Of a stretch of 64,000 nucleotides of DNA, positions 40,337 to 49,724 are shown piece after piece (position 1 is the stretch's first letter; every line of letters begins with the position of its first letter). A model generated the notes under the pieces. It made no database searches, was not told where the DNA came from, and worked only from the letters and a program-made list of their open reading frames with translations. Made by a program: the position numbers and the translations under genes. The DNA is from a virus (Duplodnaviria > Caudoviricetes): positions 49,341 through 113,340 of the IMG/VR virus record IMGVR_UViG_3300033073_001635; one strand, 5' to 3'.

Positions 40337-41695
40337 TTATTGAATCTTTACGTTGATAACAGCGATTTGATCAGCAACAATTTCATGAGAAAGAGTAATC
40401 AAATCTGAGAAGCCCTTTGTAGCACTACCAGGCATTTTACCAGTAGCGCCAAATTCATCACCTTGGAAACCAGTGCGAACTCTTTCAAGTAGACTCTTTG
40501 GTTCCTTGAAAACTTGTAGCAAACGACCACAAATCATACCATTAGCAAATGCTTCAGCAAGATCAGCAGGTTGAATTGCTTTGAAATTTGAATTTTCATC
40601 AAAAGTTACATAATCACCAGGACGACCAACACCTACAAAATGTTGCATTCTTTCTTGTGTAGAAGAAGCACCCACATAAGTATAGAATGAAAGATGCTTA
40701 CCTGAAAATACTCCGGGAAGATTTGTACCTTCACCATCTTCAGAGTAAATTACAACTAAACCTGTAAAATCATCAATGAACCAGTCGCCTTCTTTAGCAA
40801 GAAGATCAATACCACTACGCAAACGAGTAGAAGCACCATTAGCTAGATCAGTCCACTTAATTGGTGTACGAGTTGTATTACCAGCAATTTCAGAAGGAAT
40901 ACCAAATTGAACAGCTACAAGCTTTTCAACTGGAAGACCAGCAAAACGTGGCATTGCAGCAAGAGTTGCACCAGAAATTACATTTGCTTGAAGGATTTGT
41001 GCAGCTTCACCTTGTACAGCAACTTGAGGTACCTTTACTTGAATGTCAGTAAAGAATTGAATTAAATGTTGCTTTTGATAATTTGTAAAATGTAAATTAG
41101 CAGGATCATCACCAGCCCAAACAAAAACATCATAAGCTAAAACACCAACTGGAGAAGAAATACAATCATAAACAGCATTAGCTAATTTTGCCATTTCAGC
41201 TTGTCTATCAATTAAAGCGGCTTGATCATCAGCAATTACATCTAAATCTGCAGAAAAAGCTTCATGATCAAAAGCAATTAAACCATGATCTCTAAGCGCA
41301 GAGACAAAATCTAAAAGGCTAACTTGCTTAACACCATTAACAGCAACATCAACAAATTTACCAGTAGTAATATCAATTACTCTAGCATCTTCATCTTGTT
41401 GTTGATAAGTAAGCATTACTTGTTCTGGATTTAAATCCATAGCAGCCTTAGCAGCACGTGCTAAAAGACCTGCAGGAACTACTCTACCATCAGCAAAGAA
41501 AGATACAACTTTCCCAGCAGACATTACAAAGTAATCCTTGCTTCTTTGATTTTGCCAAATAACTGGTAACCAAGCAGCTGGCTTCCATTCGCCGGCAGGT
41601 ACAGAAACATTTGTTTGTACTACATTATTTGGGGTGATTTGATCCATCAAATCATTACGAGTTTTAAATCTACTCTGGAATCTATCAATAGACAT
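40337..41695 (-). CDS. Capsid-associated (decoration/cement) protein
   Basis: Between protease and MCP; SD GGAG; base composition similar to the MCP gene. Confidence 0.55.
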   Translation of the reverse strand: MSIDRFQSRFKTRNDLMDQITPNNVVQTNVSVPAGEWKPAAWLPVIWQNQRSKDYFVMSAGKVVSFFADGRVVPAGLLARAAKAAMDLNPEQVMLTYQQQDEDARVIDITTGKFVDVAVNGVKQVSLLDFVSALRDHGLIAFDHEAFSADLDVIADDQAALIDRQAEMAKLANAVYDCISSPVGVLAYDVFVWAGDDPANLHFTNYQKQHLIQFFTDIQVKVPQVAVQGEAAQILQANVISGATLAAMPRFAGLPVEKLVAVQFGIPSEIAGNTTRTPIKWTDLANGASTRLRSGIDLLAKEGDWFIDDFTGLVVIYSEDGEGTNLPGVFSGKHLSFYTYVGASSTQERMQHFVGVGRPGDYVTFDENSNFKAIQPADLAEAFANGMICGRLLQVFKEPKSLLERVRTGFQGDEFGATGKMPGSATKGFSDLITLSHEIVADQIAVINVKIQ

Positions 41696-41726
41696 ATTGG
41701 AACTCCTATATAATTAAGTTATCTAT

Positions 41727-44270
41727 TTAAAAGTTGTTAGGATGAAAACCACGTGGAAGATATGCGGATTTAGAATATAGATATTCTTCCGCTGCATCTA
41801 ATCCAAACTGCTCTACATATTGTTTATATGTATCTACTACAGTTTGTTCATAAGCTGCAAGCTTGCTTTGCTGAACAGTGGTTTTGACTTCATCATCTGC
41901 TTTTAAATGCTCTGATGGATTCTCTACTTTTTTGTTCAACAAATCAAGATTATTTTTGTCATTTTTTGCAAGAATAATTGTGTCAATATTTACACTATTT
42001 TCAGCGTCATTATTTACACTGTTTTCTTGGACTTTATTGACACTTTCTTGATCTTCAATAGGCTTATCTATTTCTAAACCTTTGTTTGCAAGAAATTCAA
42101 GTATTTGTTTAAATTTATCTTCTAAAAGATTAATTTTAATTAAAGCATCATTATAATTCTTCTTTAATTCTTCATAATCATTTTTACTTGAAGATTCACA
42201 TTCTAAGGTTTTTGCTTTAGTATTAACGCAAGCTAAAACTTTTTTCTTTTGATCATCTGAAATTTTGCTTTGATTAATCAATCTTCTAGCAGCTGTTACA
42301 TGCGCACAATCTGGTACTGGAAATGATTTATCTGGACCACAAAATACATCAGTGGGTAATCTGTTTCTAGCTTCTGCAGAAAGAGCTTTATCTTCCATTA
42401 ATGCAGTTAGAGCTAAGTCAAGTGTAAACCAGTCAATATCTAAATCATCACTAAAAGAATCATCATGTGCTTGTTGTTCTTCTGGTGTAGGTTCAACTAC
42501 TGGTTCTAACAAATCGTTATCTAGTTCGTTATTTTCGTTTGACATATTAAAATCTTTCTCTGTCTTTGATTTATTATTTGATTTTTTTGGATGCCCTGAA
42601 GGTAATAAGTCGTTGTCGGTTGTATATTTTGGATTAGAAGGACTTCCAGATCTAACTAATTTTAGAAATGCATTAACTCTTGCTACACCCCAACCAGAAC
42701 GAGACATTCCAGGTCTATGTGTGCTAGAGAAAGCACCAGCACCTCTACGGTAAACAGCTTTCAACATTCCCAATGTTACCTTTTTTCCTTCTTTATCTCC
42801 ATGTTTTTCGTTATGTTCTTTAACTTTTGCTTTTAATGATTCAAGTACAGAACCAACTTCAATTGATTTACTAGAATTAGATGCAGACCCCTCTTTATTA
42901 ACTTCTGAACCTTTTATTCTTTCAGAAGGTTTAGCAGGAGTTTTTGCTCCCTTACCTTCAGGTGAAGATCTTTCTGCATCTTCTACTTCGTCATTATTAG
43001 CTTCAGAAATTTTAATCGCCCAATCAATACCTGAAGTACCACCCCAACCCAACCACGCAACATATCCACGATCTTTCCATGGTTCAGATTTAAATTTAGG
43101 ATCAACTGTAGCATTCTTTCTGTGACGATTAAACATAGCCATACGTTTCACTGTGCTCAATCCAATTTCTGGTTTGGTAGCTAATTGTCTAGCACGAGCC
43201 CAACCAACAGAAGTCATACCTTTAACTTCAGATCCATGCTTTTCTTTCCAATCAAGTACTTGTTGTGCATTACCTTTAGCACCTGCAGGAACTTTAAATG
43301 TTTTTTCATCATTTAAATTAAAAAGATCAAAATCTTCTAATATTTCTTGGGTTGTTTCTTTGTTGTTTTCTTGGGTTTCATTGGTTTTTTCATTGGTGTT
43401 GGACTCATCGGAAGATCCTCTCTCGTTTTGAATGTCATTATCATTATCCATTTCGAAATCAGTAAAAATGATTTCAATTGCGTTGTTGTCTTTAATTTGT
43501 TTTTCATTAACTGGTAATTCTGAATCAGTCATTCTTTCAATAGAAACTACTTGTGAAAAATTATCAGCAGGTGTATTTACTACCGAACCTTCATGTACAT
43601 TAAAATCACCACAAACAAATACACACATTTCACCATCATAATCTCTACCATGATCATGTTCGCAAGGACCATCACTAGCCCAATCAGAATTACAAATAGA
43701 ACAAACATGTCTGTTAGTAGATGAGCCTGCGCTGAATGTTAAATATCTACCATCAAGAAATTTTTTAATTGCGTCTTCGTCAGTAATATTTGCTTTAACA
43801 CGCATTCTACCAACACCTGGCCAATCAGTATTTTTTAATAATGAGTATTTACTTAAAGATCTATAAATATGTTCTGGTTCATCAGAATCAAATGCATGTC
43901 TTAATTGATTATAAGCTGCTAAATCATTCTTTAAATGACCCATAATATGTTCTGATAAATCTTGATATTCTCCACCAATAAATCTACCAATAGGATCTGA
44001 ATGTTGATCATGGTGTCTAAGTATGGGCTTATTAAAGGGATTAGTTAAAGATTCAATGCCTTTGCGTTGTCCACGTGCACTATAAATTCTATTATTAATT
44101 TTTCTACCAGAGTGAGATAGGTCATAAGTAATTACAAGACCTTTACCTTTAGTATAAGAATTAGTAATTAAATTATCTGTAATTTTAATTTTGTCTTCTT
44201 TTGATAAACTCAAGATTCTTGAATCAGGATTTATCTGTACATAATCATTAAATTTAATTATATTAGGCAT
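41727..44270 (-). CDS. Prohead protease/scaffold with extra inserted domains
   Basis: INNRIY, KPILRHHD..PIGR, LDGRYLTFSAG, CSIC..CEH and EGSVVNTPAD motifs; acidic/coiled-coil C-terminus. Confidence 0.8.
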   Translation of the reverse strand: MPNIIKFNDYVQINPDSRILSLSKEDKIKITDNLITNSYTKGKGLVITYDLSHSGRKINNRIYSARGQRKGIESLTNPFNKPILRHHDQHSDPIGRFIGGEYQDLSEHIMGHLKNDLAAYNQLRHAFDSDEPEHIYRSLSKYSLLKNTDWPGVGRMRVKANITDEDAIKKFLDGRYLTFSAGSSTNRHVCSICNSDWASDGPCEHDHGRDYDGEMCVFVCGDFNVHEGSVVNTPADNFSQVVSIERMTDSELPVNEKQIKDNNAIEIIFTDFEMDNDNDIQNERGSSDESNTNEKTNETQENNKETTQEILEDFDLFNLNDEKTFKVPAGAKGNAQQVLDWKEKHGSEVKGMTSVGWARARQLATKPEIGLSTVKRMAMFNRHRKNATVDPKFKSEPWKDRGYVAWLGWGGTSGIDWAIKISEANNDEVEDAERSSPEGKGAKTPAKPSERIKGSEVNKEGSASNSSKSIEVGSVLESLKAKVKEHNEKHGDKEGKKVTLGMLKAVYRRGAGAFSSTHRPGMSRSGWGVARVNAFLKLVRSGSPSNPKYTTDNDLLPSGHPKKSNNKSKTEKDFNMSNENNELDNDLLEPVVEPTPEEQQAHDDSFSDDLDIDWFTLDLALTALMEDKALSAEARNRLPTDVFCGPDKSFPVPDCAHVTAARRLINQSKISDDQKKKVLACVNTKAKTLECESSSKNDYEELKKNYNDALIKINLLEDKFKQILEFLANKGLEIDKPIEDQESVNKVQENSVNNDAENSVNIDTIILAKNDKNNLDLLNKKVENPSEHLKADDEVKTTVQQSKLAAYEQTVVDTYKQYVEQFGLDAAEEYLYSKSAYLPRGFHPNNF

Positions 44271-44279
44271 TCTGCCTCC

Positions 44280-46037
44280 TTAATCTACTTTATTCGTAGA
44301 CTGAATAAAGTTTTCAAGTAATTCATTAATATCATCAGTAGATAATAAACTATTCATAGTATTAAAAATCAAGTTATTCAAATCTTTTTGATTATTTTCA
44401 TTTAAGCTATTGACACTTAAATTTTCGTGTACATTATCTTTAGTAAGCTTGGGTGCTAAGCGAACCCCCCGTTGGTTCGCTGGTCTAGCTTGATTATTAG
44501 ATTGATTAGCAGGTCCTGGTTTAATTACATTTCCTAAATTATTTGTTTTAACAGGTTGCTTTTCAGCAACTGCTTTCTTTTCATTTTTCTCTTTATTTAA
44601 TTGTTCAGTTGTAATATTTGAACTTGGATTAGATGCTAAAGCTTGTGCTGAGGCATCAGCAGCAGAACCCATTATTTTTAATAAAGCCGCAGGCTCTTCA
44701 TATAATTTATAATATGTGAATTCTCTATCTTTATCTTGTAAAGATTTTTCACCAAGACGTTTTCTAGCTTCGTCTTCAGTAATTAATTTATTTAACCAAA
44801 GTTGAATAGTTTGATTTTCCATCTTTGATTTTTCTTCTTTATCTACTGTACCAAATTTAATTTCAACTCTTTTATCTGGATCTAAAATAGCATCATCAAA
44901 TCCACCTTCTAAAAGCAATTCATTTATAATATAAGTATCAATAAACATTTTAATATTAGCTTGTAATGCTTCTACATCTTGAATAGCAGATTTAGATAAA
45001 GTGCTTGCTGTACTGCTATTTGCAGAATCTGCTTCACCCATATCCATTGGACTAACACCTAAACCTGCAAAAACTCTTCTTTTGAAATAATCTAGATATT
45101 CCATTGCATTCAATGCTTTTCCTTCAGATCCAATAGCTTCTATTTTGTGTCTATGATCAGACACAAAGATACCACCACTAGGCATGTATTCAATAGTCTG
45201 TCTTACTAAATCTGTTTCTTTTTGACCGTCAGGTCCATATCTTTCTGGATGTGAATCTGTACCTACAGTATAATGAAACAAAGGATGCAAGTTTGCATCA
45301 ACCATAGATTCTACATTTTCTTCTAATCTTCTTAATAAAGCTAAATCTTCCAATACAGGTAATATTTCAGGAGTTCCCATTGTAAATCCCGGTTTTTTAT
45401 TAGTAAAGAAATGCACTACATCTTCAGGTGCAAATTCTTTCATTTTACCTGTATTATGCATTATTTGCATAACTTTTTTAATTTCACCATTTGGTTTAAC
45501 TTTAAACCAAAGAGTTTCAAAAGGTAAAATAAAATAACCAGCTACAGGATCAACTTCTTTATTTTGATGAGGTCTAATAACTCCTGAAGAAGCTTCAGAA
45601 TTTCTAACTTTAACCCACATACAATTAGAAAAGCGAGCTAAATCATGTGCAGTATTAATAACCATCATATCAAATGGCATGCCAGAAACTATTTCAATTT
45701 CTCTTAAACGTTTCTTTATGTAATCTACAACTTCTTTGTCTTTACCTACAAATTCCCAACCAGCTAAAATGACTTTATGAACTTTTTTTTGAATTGCTTT
45801 AAACAAGTAAGCATCTGTGTCTTGAGCAATTTGCAATTCAGTTAAATCATATTCAGGTTTAAACCAATTTCCTCTAAAACGATCAGAATAAGAATAGGCT
45901 TTATTATCTACTTTTTTAATAGAGACACCATTTAGATTGTTTACCCAAACTGGTTTATTTTGATCTTGATGTAATTTGTTTTGCAAATCTAATGTTTGAA
46001 TAGCTTTGTTTATTAATTTAAATTTACTTGTTGACAT
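44280..46037 (-). CDS. Portal protein
   Basis: FILPFETL, FAPEDVVHF, GTPEILPV, FAGLGVSP, KLITEDEARKRLG motifs. ATG 46037 is preferred over GTG 46046. Confidence 0.85.
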   Translation of the reverse strand: MSTSKFKLINKAIQTLDLQNKLHQDQNKPVWVNNLNGVSIKKVDNKAYSYSDRFRGNWFKPEYDLTELQIAQDTDAYLFKAIQKKVHKVILAGWEFVGKDKEVVDYIKKRLREIEIVSGMPFDMMVINTAHDLARFSNCMWVKVRNSEASSGVIRPHQNKEVDPVAGYFILPFETLWFKVKPNGEIKKVMQIMHNTGKMKEFAPEDVVHFFTNKKPGFTMGTPEILPVLEDLALLRRLEENVESMVDANLHPLFHYTVGTDSHPERYGPDGQKETDLVRQTIEYMPSGGIFVSDHRHKIEAIGSEGKALNAMEYLDYFKRRVFAGLGVSPMDMGEADSANSSTASTLSKSAIQDVEALQANIKMFIDTYIINELLLEGGFDDAILDPDKRVEIKFGTVDKEEKSKMENQTIQLWLNKLITEDEARKRLGEKSLQDKDREFTYYKLYEEPAALLKIMGSAADASAQALASNPSSNITTEQLNKEKNEKKAVAEKQPVKTNNLGNVIKPGPANQSNNQARPANQRGVRLAPKLTKDNVHENLSVNSLNENNQKDLNNLIFNTMNSLLSTDDINELLENFIQSTNKVD

Positions 46038-46182
46038 TTGAATCACTCTTCTTTTCTACAGTTAGTTTTGAAATTAATTTTAAATTCATTTCAGAAAGCA
46101 ACAATTGAATCCTTTGAGGATCGTTTGCAAGTCTTTTTGCAGCATCAAAAAACAAAGTTGCCTTTAATTGATTTAAATCCAT
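46024..46182 (-). CDS. Small 52-aa hypothetical protein (not in ORF track)
   Basis: MDLNQLKATLFFDAAKRLANDPQRIQLLLSEMNLKLISKLTVEKKSDSNVNK; fills the gap before the portal; AAGGTG upstream. Confidence 0.6.
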   Translation of the reverse strand: MDLNQLKATLFFDAAKRLANDPQRIQLLLSEMNLKLISKLTVEKKSDSNVNK

Positions 46183-46183
46183 A

Positions 46184-48538
46184 TTACACCTTACCTGTAT
46201 GCATGTTCATTATTAATTCATTATAAACTTTATCTAAGTTTTCGTCATTTATTTTTACATTAGTAAACCCATTACATTCATCTGGATCTAAATAATACTT
46301 TTTGCCATTGTTTAAATTAGTAACTTGAACTTGTCCAAATAAACTTTGAGCATTTAAAGTATTTGTAGAAGCATTTAAAGGATTATTAACTACAGTATCG
46401 ATTTGGATTTGATTATTATAATTTTGTGCAATTATAGAGTTTACTAATTTTGGATTTTGTTTAAATTTTTTACAATCTGTTAAACCAGATTGTATTAATT
46501 TCCAAATAACTCTAACAAATCTAATTAAATGTAATAACTCTAAAATACTACCAGTAATTTGAATATCGTAATCTAAAGTTTCATTAATATATAATGATAA
46601 AGCCTTTATAGAATTTATTAAATCTCCCGTTAAGTCTTTTATAAATTTTTTTGTAGTTTTTAAAGTATTAATCCATTTTTCTAGTAATTGATTAACTGGA
46701 GAAGCAGTGTAACTTTTTAATAGTTCTGATTTAAATTTAATAGTAGGGCCATCTAAATAAGTATCTACATAATTTACTTTTCCATTCAAACCATATGGTT
46801 TTAATACTGGATCCATTGAATCAGTTATTTTTTTATTTATTTTATTTAACAAAGAATATTGTGAATTAAAAATTTTTGATACAGTCGGTCTTGTATTTGC
46901 CCTGAAGTCAAAAACATCTTTTTTCTCAACTCTATACTTTACATCTGTTTTATCAAGCTCTTCAAATAATTTTTTATCATTATCTAATTTTTCTTTGTAA
47001 TTTACTAGCAGCATCGTTATATCTGAAATATGAATTAGAGTTTGAAAGTTAAAATTTTGTTGCGTGTTTTCTTTTAAAAAACTAATAGAGATATTAGTGT
47101 CTTTAAAAGAGAAAACATCTTCCGAACCATTCATTAAAAATATTTCACTTTCATTTCCAATTTTAGAAATTAAACCTAAAGAATTTGTTTCAAACAAAGA
47201 TTCATTTAAAAGATTCTCGATAAACATTAATTTAAAAGATTTTTCAACTAACACCTCAATTACAGATAGCAAATAATCTGGATCAAATGGAATTTCTTCT
47301 TCTAGAATCAAACAAGCAGATAAATATTCTTCAGTAATAGTATTGTATAAATTAATCGCTTCCTTGTATTCATAATATTTTCCAGATTTAAAAAAATCTA
47401 AAGTTAATTCGACATTTGGATTAACTTTACTTTTTATTTTTCCAGAAAAATCATTTGCTACAATTTTTGCTTTTTGAGGTATATCTAGAAAAGCATTCAA
47501 TCCAGCAGTCACTTGATTAGCAGCTTTATCAGCTAATGATAAATAATTTTTAATTAAATAATTAACACCAATTAAACCGTTAATCATACAATCTAAAATA
47601 GGATTTACTAATTTTGGAATATTTTCTAAAGAAGAAACTAAAGCGCCAGCAACTGTTTTTATTAATGGTAGAAAAAAACCACTTAAAGATAACCTAACAT
47701 TTAATAAATCAAATGTGTATTTGGTAAATAAAGTAGGGAAAATTAAAGCTAATGGTGGTAAATTTTTTGGACAAATACCATTATTTTTTAAAGCCTCTAA
47801 TAAAGCACAAATTCCTAGCATAGGTCCTGTTGGATCTAATGCAGCATTCATCTTTTTTAAAAAATCTTTTAATTTATTTAAAATTTTTTTAAAATCAAAA
47901 CTCCATTCTAAAGAAGGTATGTGTAAATCCAATTTAAAATCAACTAAGCAATTTAAACAATTTTCTAATCCAAAATTAGTTTTCCAACCAAATAAATTAA
48001 TTTTATCTTGTAAACCATCCCCATTAGAATCATAGACTCCCATTTTTTCATTTAAATATCTAGTAATATTTTTATTTCTAATTGTATCTAACGAGTATTT
48101 AAAATCATTAGTTGCTTTGTATCCAAAAGCTGCTTTAGGAGTTTTTTTAGGAGTCCAACTATACATATCTCCAATATCAATATCAACATCTGAAAAAGCT
48201 TTATTTGCAATAATGCTTGGATTAGCAGAACCAGTTATATGTTTGCCATCAATAGTACACTCTTCATAAAATGAAGTTTGCTGTTTTTTGGAAACATAAT
48301 TTATATTATCATTTTTCGGTTCTAATAACTCTTCTTTTACACTTTTTGCTGATTCACAAATTGACAATCCAAAACCTAATTCGCCAGTTTCAACAGCAGC
48401 TTCCATGTTAACAACTTGAGCCATCATTAATATTTTAGGAGTAGTTTCTGTTTCTTTCTTAGGTACAGATAATATCAGACCTCTTTCATAAGCATTAACT
48501 AATTCACAAACAGATAAATATAATTTCTCAGTGCTCAT
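46184..48538 (-). CDS. Hypothetical helical protein, 784 aa
   Basis: Long ORF in the operon with amphipathic helices and scattered cysteines; no family recognised. Confidence 0.6.
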   Translation of the reverse strand: MSTEKLYLSVCELVNAYERGLILSVPKKETETTPKILMMAQVVNMEAAVETGELGFGLSICESAKSVKEELLEPKNDNINYVSKKQQTSFYEECTIDGKHITGSANPSIIANKAFSDVDIDIGDMYSWTPKKTPKAAFGYKATNDFKYSLDTIRNKNITRYLNEKMGVYDSNGDGLQDKINLFGWKTNFGLENCLNCLVDFKLDLHIPSLEWSFDFKKILNKLKDFLKKMNAALDPTGPMLGICALLEALKNNGICPKNLPPLALIFPTLFTKYTFDLLNVRLSLSGFFLPLIKTVAGALVSSLENIPKLVNPILDCMINGLIGVNYLIKNYLSLADKAANQVTAGLNAFLDIPQKAKIVANDFSGKIKSKVNPNVELTLDFFKSGKYYEYKEAINLYNTITEEYLSACLILEEEIPFDPDYLLSVIEVLVEKSFKLMFIENLLNESLFETNSLGLISKIGNESEIFLMNGSEDVFSFKDTNISISFLKENTQQNFNFQTLIHISDITMLLVNYKEKLDNDKKLFEELDKTDVKYRVEKKDVFDFRANTRPTVSKIFNSQYSLLNKINKKITDSMDPVLKPYGLNGKVNYVDTYLDGPTIKFKSELLKSYTASPVNQLLEKWINTLKTTKKFIKDLTGDLINSIKALSLYINETLDYDIQITGSILELLHLIRFVRVIWKLIQSGLTDCKKFKQNPKLVNSIIAQNYNNQIQIDTVVNNPLNASTNTLNAQSLFGQVQVTNLNNGKKYYLDPDECNGFTNVKINDENLDKVYNELIMNMHTGKV

Positions 48539-48846
48539 ATTATATCCTTATATTTTTTCTTTTTATTAGATGCAGTATTTAAATTCTTTTCATATTCCAA
48601 TGCAATTGATTTTGCATGATTTTGTTCATCTAAGCTATTTAAAGATGCAGAAATAGAAATCAAAGCAGTAGGATTATTTGCTGCTAAATGTGTTAAAACC
48701 TCTGAAAGTATTTGTTTGAAATCTTCTTTAGTTAAAAAATCTCTAGCAATCTTTTTAAATAATTTTTCATATTGTTCTTCATCTACATTTTCAGCAGATG
48801 CACTATCCAAAGTTTCGTTTTTGTTTAATTTACTCAAAAATGGCAT
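48535..48846 (-). CDS. Hypothetical protein
   Basis: Overlapping start/stop coupling with neighbours. Confidence 0.55.
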   Translation of the reverse strand: MPFLSKLNKNETLDSASAENVDEEQYEKLFKKIARDFLTKEDFKQILSEVLTHLAANNPTALISISASLNSLDEQNHAKSIALEYEKNLNTASNKKKKYKDII

Positions 48847-49324
48847 TTTCTTCCTCTAACAGTAAATTTGTTTGCTCATCTATTTCCATTTGTTTTTTTA
48901 ATTCTAATAAAGTTACATAATCTTCATAAGATATTTTATTTTTGCTAGTATTAAAAACTTCGATTGAAGCTTTTTTTAAAGCTTCATTCTTGCTAATATC
49001 TAAAGCAAATTTATCTGTTTGTTGAGATATATTATCATGTAATAAAGATTTAAATCTATACAACTGATCTTTAATTATAGGTACTTCTTTTTTTAAATCC
49101 TCAATAAACTTATTTGCTTTTTTTACTTCTAACTCACTAAATGGTCTATCAACATCATTTCTTGAATTAACTAATATTGCTTCAATTTCTTCTTCAGTTA
49201 CGTTAACAACATCTAAAGAATTATTTCTATTAGAGAGAATGTTTTGCGCTTCTTTTTTTAACAAAGAACCATAATTAATATCTAATTCGTTTTTATAGAT
49301 TTGATTAAAAAAATCTTTAAGCAT
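48830..49324 (-). CDS. Hypothetical protein
   Basis: Overlapping start/stop coupling with neighbours. Confidence 0.55.
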   Translation of the reverse strand: MLKDFFNQIYKNELDINYGSLLKKEAQNILSNRNNSLDVVNVTEEEIEAILVNSRNDVDRPFSELEVKKANKFIEDLKKEVPIIKDQLYRFKSLLHDNISQQTDKFALDISKNEALKKASIEVFNTSKNKISYEDYVTLLELKKQMEIDEQTNLLLEEENAIFE

Positions 49325-49724
49325 TTACCAATCTTTCTAAATACTTTAATTTTAAAGAAATATTATTTTTAATTTGTGCAGGAGTTAATCCAGGACAATA
49401 AACACGCACCCAATAGCTTATTGGATTCATAGTATTTAAAACAGAAACTACACATTCCTGATTTATAAAAACTTTATTCCATTCGAATTCTGTAGGTTGA
49501 ATTTCTGTTTGTTTTATTTTTACAGACCAACCAGATTCAGTTAAAATATTATTAGAAATTAAATCTGGGAATACAGCAGATAAAACTACGTTTTCATAAT
49601 ATTTATTTGAATCATCATTTTGTAAATATAATTTAAATTCATAACTGCCTCCGGTATAACCATTGTGTGTTGTTTTGAACTCAATTACAGAATTCAAATC
49701 AGCATCTAAAACATTTAAACTCAT
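49317..49724 (-). CDS. Hypothetical beta-rich structural protein
   Basis: Beta-strand pattern (YWVRVYCPG); operon coupling. Confidence 0.5.
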   Translation of the reverse strand: MSLNVLDADLNSVIEFKTTHNGYTGGSYEFKLYLQNDDSNKYYENVVLSAVFPDLISNNILTESGWSVKIKQTEIQPTEFEWNKVFINQECVVSVLNTMNPISYWVRVYCPGLTPAQIKNNISLKLKYLERLVNA

